A DNA stretch of 54,120 nt. Source: an uncultured Clostridia bacterium. GTDB taxonomy: Bacteria; Bacillota; Clostridia; Oscillospirales; CAG-382. The notes beneath the pieces are model-generated. The model ran no database searches, was not told the DNA's origin, and saw nothing but the letters and a program-made list of their open reading frames with translations. Location of the stretch: the NCBI GenBank assembly GCA_947626805.1, contig CANQTR010000003.1, positions 1 through 54,120 on the forward strand. Reading direction: 5' to 3'. Below are positions 7,963-16,478 of this stretch, one piece after another (the stretch's first letter is position 1; each line of letters starts with the position of its first letter). A program made the translations under genes and the position numbers.

Positions 7963-9111
7963 TTAGTGGATGATGACCTTTTCGGTTTCCTTATCGAAGA
8001 AGTGAATCAGGGTGGTATCAATCGCGATAGCGGCGTTGTCGCCCGCCTTCGCCTCGGAACGGGAGGACACGCGGGAAATCATGTTGATTGGCTCGCCGTC
8101 CTCGTCCTCGCCGAAGTTCAGGTAGAGGTAAATCTCCGCGCCCATCAGTTCGGTGAACTCGACGTCCGCGTGAAGGATGGTATCCTTAAACTTTTCCATA
8201 TAGACCGGCTCGTCATGCAGCAATTCCGGACGGAGCGCGGCGATGACTTGCGGCGCGGGCTTGTTGGGCGTCCCGATGTACGGCTGCAAATCCTCGTCCT
8301 CCGCCTTTTCCTTCGGCAGAATCAGGCGGTTGCGACCGAATTCCATGTACACCCCGTCCTCGCGGCGGACGAGCTGACAGTTGACGAAGTTCATTTGCGG
8401 CGTGCCGATAAAGCCGGCGACGAAGATATTGCAGGGTCTGTCGTACAGGTTTTGCGGCGTATCGACCTGCTGGATAACGCCGTCCTTCATAACGACGATA
8501 CGGGTCGCCATGGTCATAGCCTCGACCTGGTCGTGGGTAACGTAGATGAAGGTGGTCTTGAGGCGGATATGCAGCTTGGTCAGCTCGGTTCTCATGGACG
8601 CGCGCAGCTTCGCGTCGAGGTTGGACAACGGCTCGTCGAGCAGGAACACCTTCGGTTCGCGAACGATGGCGCGACCGAGCGCGACACGCTGTTTCTGACC
8701 GCCGGACAACGCCTTCGGCTTGCGGTCGAGCAGGTGGGAAATGTCGAGGATTTTCGCGGCTTCTTCGACGCGCTTCTTGATTTCTTCCTTGCGGACCTTG
8801 CGCAATTTCAGACCGAACGCCATGTTATCGAACACGGTCATATGCGGATACAGCGCGTAGTTCTGGAACACCATGGCGATATCGCGGTCCTTCGGCGCGA
8901 CGTCGTTGACGCGCTTGTCGTCGATGAACAGCTCGCCTTCCGTGATTTCCTCAAGCCCCGCGATCATACGCAGGGTCGTGGTCTTTCCGCAGCCGGACGG
9001 ACCGACGAGGATGATGAATTCCTTATCCTTAATCTCCAGGTTGAAGTCGGAGACAGCGGTGACCCCGCCCGGGAACCGCTTATACATATGCTTGAAAAGT
9101 ACGCTTGCCAT
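7963..9111 (-). CDS. Sugar ABC transporter ATP-binding protein (MsmX/MalK/UgpC family)
   Basis: Walker A GPSGCGKTT, signature LSGGQKQR, Walker B VFLLDEPLS, C-terminal TOBE-like region; AGGAGG 7 nt before the ATG at 9111. Confidence 0.9.
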   Translation of the reverse strand: MASVLFKHMYKRFPGGVTAVSDFNLEIKDKEFIILVGPSGCGKTTTLRMIAGLEEITEGELFIDDKRVNDVAPKDRDIAMVFQNYALYPHMTVFDNMAFGLKLRKVRKEEIKKRVEEAAKILDISHLLDRKPKALSGGQKQRVALGRAIVREPKVFLLDEPLSNLDAKLRASMRTELTKLHIRLKTTFIYVTHDQVEAMTMATRIVVMKDGVIQQVDTPQNLYDRPCNIFVAGFIGTPQMNFVNCQLVRREDGVYMEFGRNRLILPKEKAEDEDLQPYIGTPNKPAPQVIAALRPELLHDEPVYMEKFKDTILHADVEFTELMGAEIYLYLNFGEDEDGEPINMISRVSSRSEAKAGDNAAIAIDTTLIHFFDKETEKVIIH

Positions 9112-9171
9112 TTCCTGACCTCCTGATGAGGCGTTGAGCCACCCCAACATCTCACAAAATTCGTTATTCCT

Positions 9172-9200
9172 ATCATAGCAAAAAATCGCGCAGAATGTAA
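9172..9200 (-). promoter_or_regulatory. Sigma-A type promoter for the ABC ATPase gene
   Basis: Minus strand TTACAT, 17-nt spacer, TGcTATGAT. Confidence 0.5.
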
Positions 9201-9273
9201 GTACCTAACTACCCAAAATTTAGCTTTTTGTTTTAGTAAAAATGCACAAGTGCCGAGCGGTAAGGTCCCCCGT

Positions 9274-9780
9274 TTACGCCCCGGCGGACCCCTTCGCCGC
9301 CTCCACGCGGTCGACGCGCCCGTTCGGACCGGTCGTCGTCACGTCGCCGCCGATGATGCGGTCCTTATAAATCAGGAGGGTCGCGTAGCGCGTTTCGCCG
9401 ACCTCGCCGTCCGCCCCGTCGGACGTGTCGGACAGCGCGTAGGTGTAGCGCTGAACGGTCTTGCCCTTGTACTTTTCGAGGTTGAGCCCCTGGGATTTCT
9501 GCAGCTGGTTGTAGGTTTCGTAGACGCTGTCGAACACTTCCGGGATGACGACTTCCCCCGCGTAGACCGGGTTCGGGTCGGGGGTGTGACCGAGCTCGCG
9601 CAAAAATTCGAGCTGCTCCTCGACCGTGTCGACGCCCTTGTAATCCAGCGCCGCGACCGCGGTCTCCCCGGACGGGTCGATGACCGGCAGCAGCGCGACA
9701 ATGCCCACGAGCACCGCCGCGGAAAACAGGATTGCGGTGAAAAACTTGATGCTGGACGCTTTGACCGTACATACAAACAT
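9274..9780 (-). CDS. Membrane-anchored hypothetical protein (DUF4830-like)
   Basis: N-terminal TM helix; IPEVFDSVYETYNQLQKSQGLNLEKYKGKTVQRYTY pattern recalled from DUF4830; GGAAAGGG 10 nt before the ATG at 9780. Confidence 0.55.
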   Translation of the reverse strand: MFVCTVKASSIKFFTAILFSAAVLVGIVALLPVIDPSGETAVAALDYKGVDTVEEQLEFLRELGHTPDPNPVYAGEVVIPEVFDSVYETYNQLQKSQGLNLEKYKGKTVQRYTYALSDTSDGADGEVGETRYATLLIYKDRIIGGDVTTTGPNGRVDRVEAAKGSAGA

Positions 9781-9883
9781 ACTTGACAAACCCTTTCCGA
9801 ACGTTTTCGTTGTATCGTTGTATGTATATGGCGCACATCCGCCGGTTTATGCGAAAAACCCGCGTTAGGGACGCCTTGCGGCG

Positions 9884-10035
9884 TTGCGGGGTTTCACCCC
9901 GCGCCCCATTCAAGGGACTTTTTGAAAAAAGTCCCTTGAAAATTCCCAAAAACTTTTCTGTTTGGGGGTAAACAAAAATGTGTCGGCTCGTCGGCGGATA
10001 TGCCGCAACGTCGACTTTTCCCCGTCGTTTGAGCA
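9884..10035 (+). repeat. Modular interspersed repeat, copy d (A-B-C plus tail type 1)
   Basis: TTGCGGGGTTTCACCCCGCGCCCCATTCAAGGGACTTTTTGAAAAAAGTCCCTTGAAAATTCCCAAAAACTTTTCTGTTTGGGGG; the tail ATGTGTCGGCTCGTCGGCGGATATGCCGCAACGTCG is shared, inverted, with copy f. Confidence 0.9.
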
Positions 10036-10084
10036 ACGACTCGGCTCGCACCGATACGAATTTGCACACGGTCGTTTTCGGCGC

Positions 10085-10295
10085 GGGCACCTGTCCGCCT
10101 ACGGGACAAATTTTGCTTGTATTTCCTTCGGGGCGTGACGGCAACGGCGGACTTTTTGGAAAGCAACGGGTGCGGGCGCATTTTAAACCCCTAAGCCGAA
10201 AAGTTTTTGAGGGATTTTTGGGAACTTTTTTAAAAGTTCCCGGACTTTTTTTCAAAAAGTCCCTTAAATGGGGCTTGGGACAAAGCCCCGGCGGC
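10085..10295 (-). repeat. Modular interspersed repeat, copy e (A, two B hairpins, C, tail type 2)
   Basis: Reverse complement reads ..CCCCATTTAAGGGACTTTTTGAAAAAAAGTCCGGGAACTTTTAAAAAAGTTCCCAAAAATCCCTCAAAAACTTTTCGGCTTAGGGG; the tail is shared with copy l and with 12730-12785. Confidence 0.85.
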
Positions 10296-10334
10296 GCAAC
10301 CCCGTCCGTTGCCTGCACGTCCCGAAAGGGGGGG

Positions 10335-10487
10335 ATTCAAACGCCGGAAAAAGCCGACGTTTCGGCATATTTGCCGACGAACCGACACATCTTATTTAAC
10401 CCCTAAGCCGAAAAGTTTTTGAGGATTTTTAAGGGACTTTTTTCAAAAAGTCCCTTAAATGGGGTTTGGGGCAAAGCCCCGGCGGCG
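10335..10487 (-). repeat. Modular interspersed repeat, copy f (A-B-C plus tail type 1)
   Basis: Perfect B palindrome TTAAGGGACTTTTTTCAAAAAGTCCCTTAA; the tail at 10335-10395 is the inverse of the copy d tail. Confidence 0.9.
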
Positions 10488-10532
10488 TAACCCCGGCGTC
10501 GTGACACGACGCCGGGGATTCGCCCCCCGAAA

Positions 10533-12431
10533 TTACCCGTGCAGCTCCGCGTCGAGCGACTCGTACTCGGCGTAGAGCGCGTCGAGCGCCTTTTCGAGCG
10601 CCTCCGCGCGCTCGTAGAGGCTGCCGAGCAAGGCGTAGTCCGGGCTTGCGGTCTGCTTTTCCTGTTCGGCGCGGACGTCCGAAAGTTCGCGCTCGGCGGT
10701 TTCGATTTCCGTTTCGACCGCGCGGAAGCGCGCCTCCGCCGTACGCTGACGGTTCTTCTGCCGCTTTGCGTCCTCGTAGGACTGCCGACCGGCGCCCGGC
10801 TCGACCCGTTCCGCCGGCGCGGCGGGTTCGACCGTCGGCGCGCGCAAAACGTCCGTACCGCGGGTCAACCGGTATCCGTCGGGCAGTGCGGGGTCCAACG
10901 TGAGCAAATCCGTCGCGAGCGCGCGAAGGAACGCGCGGTCATGCGAAACCGCGAGGACCGTGCCGTCGTACTGCCGCAAAGCGTCCTCCAGCGTTTCGCG
11001 GGAAGCGATGTCGAGGTGGTTCGTCGGCTCGTCCAGCACCAGCAAACTGACCCCGCACGACACCATCTTCGCGATAGACAGCCGCGCGCGTTCCCCGCCG
11101 GACAGCACCGCGACCTGCTTGAACACGTCCTCCCCACAAAACCCGAACCGTGCGAGCATCCCCCGCACCTCCGACAGCTTGCGGTCGGCGTAAACGCTCC
11201 ACAGCTCGTCGAGGACGGTGTTTTCCGGGTCGAGCAGCTGCTGTTCCTGGTCGTAGTAGCCGACGCTCTGGTTGTAGCCCAATTCGAACGTCCCGCCGTC
11301 CGCCGTTTCGCGCCCGGTCAGAATCTTCAGCAAGGTCGACTTCCCCGTCCCGTTCGGACCGACGACGAACAGCCGGTCCCCCCGCCGCAGCTCGAACGAC
11401 AGCCCGTCGAACAGCCGCACCCCCGGGAACCGCTTCGACAGCCCGCGCACGGACAGCACCTGCTCGGACGCGGACGAACTCTCCGCGACGCGGAACGAAA
11501 TCCCCCGCGGCGCGTCCTTCGGGCGTTCCAGCCGGACCATGCGTGCGAGCGCCTTCTCGCGACTCTCCGCCGCGATGATGTTCCGCTCGCGGTTCCAGCG
11601 GCGCTGATTGGCGATGAATTCCTCGATGCGCCGAATCTCCTTCTGCTGCTGCTCGTAGTGACGGGCGGCAGCCTCCTGCTCGCGGCGCTTTTTTTCGCGG
11701 AAAGCGGTGTAGTTGCCGGAAAACAGGCGGCTCTCCCCGTGTTCGAGTTCGAGCACGTCGGTCGCCACGGCGTCGAGGAAGGCGCGGTCGTGCGAAACAA
11801 TCAGAAAGGTTTTCGGCGAGGACTTGACGAACCCCTCCAGCCATTCGATTGCCTGCAGGTCGAGGTGGTTTGTCGGCTCGTCCAGCAGCAGGATATCCGG
11901 TTCGCGCAGCAGCAGACGGGCGAGCAGCAGTTTGGTCTTTTGCCCGCCGGAAAGCAGGTTCGCCGGTCCCCGCATCGCCTCCTCGGAGAACCCGAACCGC
12001 TTCAGCAGCGAAACGGTCCGCGCGCGGAACTCGTTCCCCCCGTCGCGCAAAAATTGCTCGTGCAGTTCGGCGAACGGGGAAATGGCGCTCTCGTCGCCGC
12101 GTTCGACGCGTTCCTGCAGCGCGCGCAAGCGGTCCTCCATGTCCAGCAACGCCGAAAACCCGCCGAGCGCCGTTTCGTAGACGGACGACGCGAGCAGTTC
12201 GTCGTCCGCGGTCTGCTGCAGGCAGCCGATTTCGGTCCCCCGCCGGAGGAACACGCCGCCGTCCGACGGTTCGAGCGCGCCGCGGAGCAGGTTCAGCAGG
12301 GTGGTCTTTCCGGCGCCGTTGACGCCGATGACCCCCACTTTCGCCCCTCGGTTGACGGAAAAGGTCACGTCGTGCAGGATTTCCCGCGCGCCGACGGAAT
12401 AGGTCAGGTGGTCGCAAGTCAGGACATACAT
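10533..12431 (-). CDS. ABC-F family ATPase (two ABC domains, C-terminal coiled coil)
   Basis: Two Walker A sites (GVNGAGKTT, GPNGTGKST), two LSGG signatures, no TM segment; start MYVLTCDHLTYSVG at 12431; upstream ORF extension lies in repeat DNA. Confidence 0.9.
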   Translation of the reverse strand: MYVLTCDHLTYSVGAREILHDVTFSVNRGAKVGVIGVNGAGKTTLLNLLRGALEPSDGGVFLRRGTEIGCLQQTADDELLASSVYETALGGFSALLDMEDRLRALQERVERGDESAISPFAELHEQFLRDGGNEFRARTVSLLKRFGFSEEAMRGPANLLSGGQKTKLLLARLLLREPDILLLDEPTNHLDLQAIEWLEGFVKSSPKTFLIVSHDRAFLDAVATDVLELEHGESRLFSGNYTAFREKKRREQEAAARHYEQQQKEIRRIEEFIANQRRWNRERNIIAAESREKALARMVRLERPKDAPRGISFRVAESSSASEQVLSVRGLSKRFPGVRLFDGLSFELRRGDRLFVVGPNGTGKSTLLKILTGRETADGGTFELGYNQSVGYYDQEQQLLDPENTVLDELWSVYADRKLSEVRGMLARFGFCGEDVFKQVAVLSGGERARLSIAKMVSCGVSLLVLDEPTNHLDIASRETLEDALRQYDGTVLAVSHDRAFLRALATDLLTLDPALPDGYRLTRGTDVLRAPTVEPAAPAERVEPGAGRQSYEDAKRQKNRQRTAEARFRAVETEIETAERELSDVRAEQEKQTASPDYALLGSLYERAEALEKALDALYAEYESLDAELHG

Positions 12432-12471
12432 GGGTTCGTCGTTTGCGCTCCTTTCGCGTTGCAGTCGGTCT

Positions 12472-12500
12472 ATTTTACCACATTCCGCGCGGTTTGTCAA
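12472..12500 (-). promoter_or_regulatory. Sigma-A type promoter for the ABC-F gene
   Basis: Minus strand TTGACA, 17-nt spacer, TGgTAAAAT. Confidence 0.6.
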
Positions 12501-12529
12501 TGCAACGCCACGCCGCGACGCGCCGAGTC

Positions 12530-12595
12530 TTTCTTCAAGGAACTTTTTGAAAAAAGTTCCTTGAAAATCCTCAAAAACTTTTCTGTTTGGGGGTT
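12530..12595 (+). repeat. Modular interspersed repeat, copy g (B-C, no clear A)
   Basis: TTCAAGGAACTTTTTGAAAAAAGTTCCTTGAAAATCCTCAAAAACTTTTCTGTTTGGGGG. Confidence 0.85.
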
Positions 12596-13015
12596 TAAAA
12601 CCACGCGCCCCGCCCGTATCGCCCTCTCCGCGTCCCCGCCCCGCCCGAACCGCAATCAAAAAAATCGCCCGCTTTCCCCTTAAGGAAAACCGACGAACGC
12701 AATTTACGCCGACGGGTGCAAACGTAAATTCCCCCGCGGACGCAAAATTACAATAAAATAATGTCCCGTAGGCGGACATGTGCCGCTGGCTACGAACACA
12801 ACTGTGTTCGTAGCATAGGGACAACCACAAGAGAAAAGCGGCGATGGCGGCGTCAGAAGTGGCGCAAGCCGAGCCGGTTTTCGGAACGTGCCGACAGTGT
12901 CGGCACGTTTGAAAAGGGGTATTCGGGGGGGAAACACAGAGCTAGACGGTGCGACGACAAAGTCGCCAGCGACGCCGCCGTGATTGTGGTTCCCACCCGA
13001 AAGAGCGTAGCGATT

Positions 13016-13231
13016 TTACGCCTCCGCCGTATTTTCAGCCTCGCGGCGACGGAACAGCAAGGAAATGCACCATGCGCCCGCCAGCGCGACCAACGTGTAG
13101 ATGATACGGCTGACGATAGCGGCCTGCCCGCCGAAAATCCACGCCACGAGGTCGAACTGGAACAGCCCGATAGCGCCCCAGTTGACCGCCCCGATGATGA
13201 CGAGGAGCAATGCGATTCTGTCTATCAACAT
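13016..13231 (-). CDS. DUF378-family small membrane protein
   Basis: LLVIIGAVNWGAIGLFQFDLVAWIFGG...RIIYTLVALAG is the typical DUF378 signature; ATG at 13231 with AAAGGAA upstream. Confidence 0.85.
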   Translation of the reverse strand: MLIDRIALLLVIIGAVNWGAIGLFQFDLVAWIFGGQAAIVSRIIYTLVALAGAWCISLLFRRREAENTAEA

Positions 13232-13319
13232 ACGTTTTGGATTCCTTTCGTACGAACTGGAGAATGTTCCTCCGTCGCTTAGTCTGCACGGCGAACGAAA
13301 AATTATGCGTCCGTCCGTC

Positions 13320-13348
13320 TTGACAAAATCCGTCCGTTCGTGTATGAT
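13320..13348 (+). promoter_or_regulatory. Sigma-A type promoter for trmB
   Basis: TTGACA (13320-13325), 17-nt spacer, TATGAT (13343-13348). Confidence 0.6.
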
Positions 13349-13385
13349 GAGCGATAGAACTTCATAGGATAGGACGGGACAAACG

Positions 13386-14042
13386 ATGCACATGCGGAAA
13401 AAAAAGCATCGCGACGAGCGATTGGAAAAAGTTTCCGGTTATTTCGCCGCGACCGGGGAACACGGGGAACTGCTCGCGGACGAAAGTTTTTCGGAACCGG
13501 GGGCGCTCTGGGTGGAGGTCGGGTGCGGAAAAGGGGCGTTCCTGACCGCCCTTGCGCTCCGCACGGACGGCAAGCGGCTCCTCGGCGTCGAAAAAATCAC
13601 GGACGCCCTGCTCATGGCGATGGAAAAATGCGCGTCGGCGGACTGCCGGAACCTGAAATTCCTCAACGCGGACGCGTCGGCGCTCCCGGACCTGCTCCCG
13701 CCGCACGGGGTGGAGCGGCTGTTCCTGAATTTCAGCGACCCGTGGCCCAAGAACCGCGACCGCGAAAAGCGCCTGACCTCCCGCACGTTCCTACAAAAAT
13801 ATAAGCATATCCTCGCCCCGGACGGGAGGATATGCTTCAAAACGGACAACCGCCCGCTCTTCGATTTTTCGCTCGACTGCCTACGGGAGGAAGGGTTCGC
13901 CGTCGAACACCTCAGCTACGACCTGCACGCCGCCCCGCCGTCCGGCACGACCGAACCGTTCGACATCCAGACCGAATACGAGCGCAAATTCAGCGCGAAG
14001 GGGTTCCCCATCAACTATCTTGAGGCATTCCTGCCGCGATGA
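13386..14042 (+). CDS. trmB: tRNA (guanine46-N7)-methyltransferase
   Basis: VEVGCGKGAFL, LLGVEK, LFLNFSDPWPKNRDREKRLTS, ICFKTDN are the typical TrmB blocks. Confidence 0.9.
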   Translation: MHMRKKKHRDERLEKVSGYFAATGEHGELLADESFSEPGALWVEVGCGKGAFLTALALRTDGKRLLGVEKITDALLMAMEKCASADCRNLKFLNADASALPDLLPPHGVERLFLNFSDPWPKNRDREKRLTSRTFLQKYKHILAPDGRICFKTDNRPLFDFSLDCLREEGFAVEHLSYDLHAAPPSGTTEPFDIQTEYERKFSAKGFPINYLEAFLPR

Positions 14043-15495
14043 AATCCAGCACGACCTGCCGCTCGTCGAACGGGGTCTTTTTGCCCCCGATGTCCTCGTA
14101 GGTCTCGTGCCCCTTGCCGATGAGCAGGACGCAATCCCCCGGTTGCGCGAGCCGCAAGGCGCGCCGTATCGCCGCCCGCCGGTCGGGGATGATTTCGTAT
14201 TTTCCCCCGGTCGGGACAAGACCGACGAGGATGTCGGCGATGATGTCCTCGGTTTTTTCGAGGCGGGAATTGTCGGACGTGACGATGGACAAATCCGAAT
14301 GCGCCCCGATGACCTCGCCCATGCCGTAGCGGCGCAACTTCGAACGGTTCCCGCCGCACCCGAACACCGAAAGGATACGGGACGGGCGGTAATGCGCGAG
14401 CGTTTCGAACAGGCTCCGGCAGCTGAATTCCTCGTGCGCCGCGTCGATGATGACGGTGAACGGCGTGTCGGTCGGCAGGATTTCCATGCGCCCGCGCACC
14501 CGCACCTCCCGCAAGCCCTCCCGCATCGCGTCCGCCGAAACCCCCATACCGCGCGCGACGGCGACCGCCGCCATCGCGTTCGACACGGAAAATGCCCCCG
14601 GCACGCCGAGCTCGACCCGGAAGGATTCCTCCCCGCAATGCGCGGTGAAGGACGTATGCAGGCGGTGATTCTCGGTCGTGAACCGCAAATCGGACGCGCG
14701 GAAGGGCGCGTCGGACGCGACGCCGAACACCGTGACCGGGCAGGCGGCGTCCCGCACGATTTCCTCGAAATGCGGGTCGTCCCCGTTGACGTAGCACCGC
14801 TTGCACTGGGAAAAAATCTGCTTCTTGCAAGCCAAATACTCCTCGACGCTCTCGTGCTCGCCCGGACCGATGTGGTCGGGGGAAAAATTGGTGAACACCC
14901 CCGCGTCGAAACGAATCCCGTAGGTGCGGTGCAGCTTGAACCCTTGCGACGCCGCCTCGATGACCGCCGCCCTGCACCCCGCATCCAGCATTTCGCGGTA
15001 GGCGCGGTGGAGCAGGTAGGATTCCGGGGTGGTGTTGCCGGTCTCCTCGAAATGCGTCCCGTAGCGGATACCCGTCGAGCCGACGACCCCGGTCGGTATC
15101 CCCGCCGCCTCCAGCACGCGCTGTATCATGAAGGACGTGCTCGTTTTTCCCTTCGTCCCCGTGACGGCGACCGTGAACAGCTTTTCCGCGGGTCGCCCGA
15201 ACAGGTTCGCGGACGCGAGCGCGAGGAATTTTCGGGTGTTTTCGGTGTAGAACACCGTCGCGTCGGCGGGCAGGGACAGCGGTTTCTCCGCCGCGAACAG
15301 GCGCGCGCCCTTCTCGTACGCCTCCGCCGCGCGGTCGTGTCCGTCGGCGCGGAACCCGGCGATACAGACGAACAGGACCCCCTCCCCGAACGGGGAACGG
15401 GTGTCGTACACGAGGTCGGACACCTCGGTTTCCGGCGTCAGAGCGCACCCTTCCGCGCGGCAGGGCACGCCGTCGAGCAGTTTTTGCAGTTCCAT
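14011..15495 (-). CDS. murE: UDP-N-acetylmuramoyl-L-alanyl-D-glutamate--2,6-diaminopimelate ligase
   Basis: VTGTKGKTSTS P-loop, DHIGPGEH, C-terminal TSDNSR (DNPR-like) block; start MELQKLLDG at 15495. Confidence 0.85.
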   Translation of the reverse strand: MELQKLLDGVPCRAEGCALTPETEVSDLVYDTRSPFGEGVLFVCIAGFRADGHDRAAEAYEKGARLFAAEKPLSLPADATVFYTENTRKFLALASANLFGRPAEKLFTVAVTGTKGKTSTSFMIQRVLEAAGIPTGVVGSTGIRYGTHFEETGNTTPESYLLHRAYREMLDAGCRAAVIEAASQGFKLHRTYGIRFDAGVFTNFSPDHIGPGEHESVEEYLACKKQIFSQCKRCYVNGDDPHFEEIVRDAACPVTVFGVASDAPFRASDLRFTTENHRLHTSFTAHCGEESFRVELGVPGAFSVSNAMAAVAVARGMGVSADAMREGLREVRVRGRMEILPTDTPFTVIIDAAHEEFSCRSLFETLAHYRPSRILSVFGCGGNRSKLRRYGMGEVIGAHSDLSIVTSDNSRLEKTEDIIADILVGLVPTGGKYEIIPDRRAAIRRALRLAQPGDCVLLIGKGHETYEDIGGKKTPFDERQVVLDFIAAGMPQDS

Positions 15496-15646
15496 AAGGA
15501 TTTTCCGTTCCTTTCTTCCGTCATAAAAGCGGTTCAACACGCGCCGCCCGGGCATTTTTCGGGTTTTTCGGTCCGAAACGGATTTTTCGATTCCGTTCCT
15601 CAATCTAAACGCGGTTCAATACGCGCCGCCCGGGCATTTTTCGGGT

Positions 15647-15895
15647 TTACGGTTCGATGATTTCCAGCGGGTTTTCGTCGATAAGAATCCGGTGTCGCTC
15701 GACGCGCGGGTTGCCCAATTTGAGGGATTGCGCGTCTTTTATCGCGTTCGCGAGCCTGGTGTAGCAATGCGCCTCTTGAATGTCGGGGACGCCGCGGTGG
15801 CTCGGCGACGTCTGCAGGTAGATGCGCTGCCCCGGGTTGTACTTCGAATCATACGAAATGACGTAGACTTGATTGACTTGCAAGACTCTTGCCAT
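15647..15895 (-). CDS. Hypothetical small protein (82 aa)
   Basis: Single clean ORF with AGGAAAGGA upstream; GC lower than flanks; no family recognised. Confidence 0.45.
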   Translation of the reverse strand: MARVLQVNQVYVISYDSKYNPGQRIYLQTSPSHRGVPDIQEAHCYTRLANAIKDAQSLKLGNPRVERHRILIDENPLEIIEP

Positions 15896-16035
15896 CGTTC
15901 TTTCTTTCCTTTCCTATTTTTAGACTTCCCCGGCTTTCCCGTTTCCGATTGAAACGCGGTTCGGCACGCGTCGTCCGAAACGGATTTTCCGTTCCGTTTT
16001 TCTATACCCGACCCTTCGGGCGCGGTTTTTCCGGT

Positions 16036-16383
16036 TCAAAAAACTTTATACAGTGCATCGATTACGACATCGAATACTTTTTCCGCGCAATACCAGGATA
16101 CAAAACCAATCAAAACCGTCGTACAAGCCTGCCCAATCAAACCAATCATACACGCTTTCATGCTGTCCAAGTCCATAAAGAACCAAATATCCGCAAGTAC
16201 CATCACGAGGACGACCAGCGCGGAAACGACGGCATTGAACCCGAAAAAAGCGAGAAATTGATAGGGGTGCAAAGCGGCAAAAGGCGACATGACGATGGAA
16301 AGACCGCACAAAAGGCTTTCGATAAACCAGCCGCCGAAGAACCCGGCTATGACCGAAAAAAGAAAGGGAATGATTTTTTTCAT
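16036..16383 (-). CDS. Hypothetical small polytopic membrane protein (115 aa)
   Basis: Three to four hydrophobic helices; roughly 40-45% GC by hand count versus about 65% in neighbours. Confidence 0.55.
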   Translation of the reverse strand: MKKIIPFLFSVIAGFFGGWFIESLLCGLSIVMSPFAALHPYQFLAFFGFNAVVSALVVLVMVLADIWFFMDLDSMKACMIGLIGQACTTVLIGFVSWYCAEKVFDVVIDALYKVF

Positions 16384-16478
16384 CAAACGTACCTGATTTC
16401 TTTTGTTTTGCGTTTCTATCCTATCCTATACGCTTACCCGTTTGTGCCTTTTTTGCGGTCGCGCCGCCGCATAACGAT

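Noticed and set aside
9783-9971. Recurrent peptide PFKGLFEKSPLKIPKNFSxWG in many short ORFs (also 3886, 6477, 7165 tail, 21310, 28322, 29984)
   Set aside because: These are translations of the interspersed repeat. Copies occur in both orientations, lack RBS and start context, and vary by stem-preserving paired substitutions rather than synonymous changes. They are a structured DNA/RNA element, not a gene family.
10539-12683. 714-aa ORF on the plus strand
   Set aside because: It is antisense to the ABC-F ATPase, which has two Walker A sites and LSGG signatures on minus. It has Arg/Pro/Gln-rich composition.
12704-12937. 77-aa ORF in the hairpin-rich gap
   Set aside because: It has no RBS, it spans the palindromes, and it contains the repeat-derived GTCPPTG peptide also seen at 9978-10406, so it is a non-coding repeat translation.
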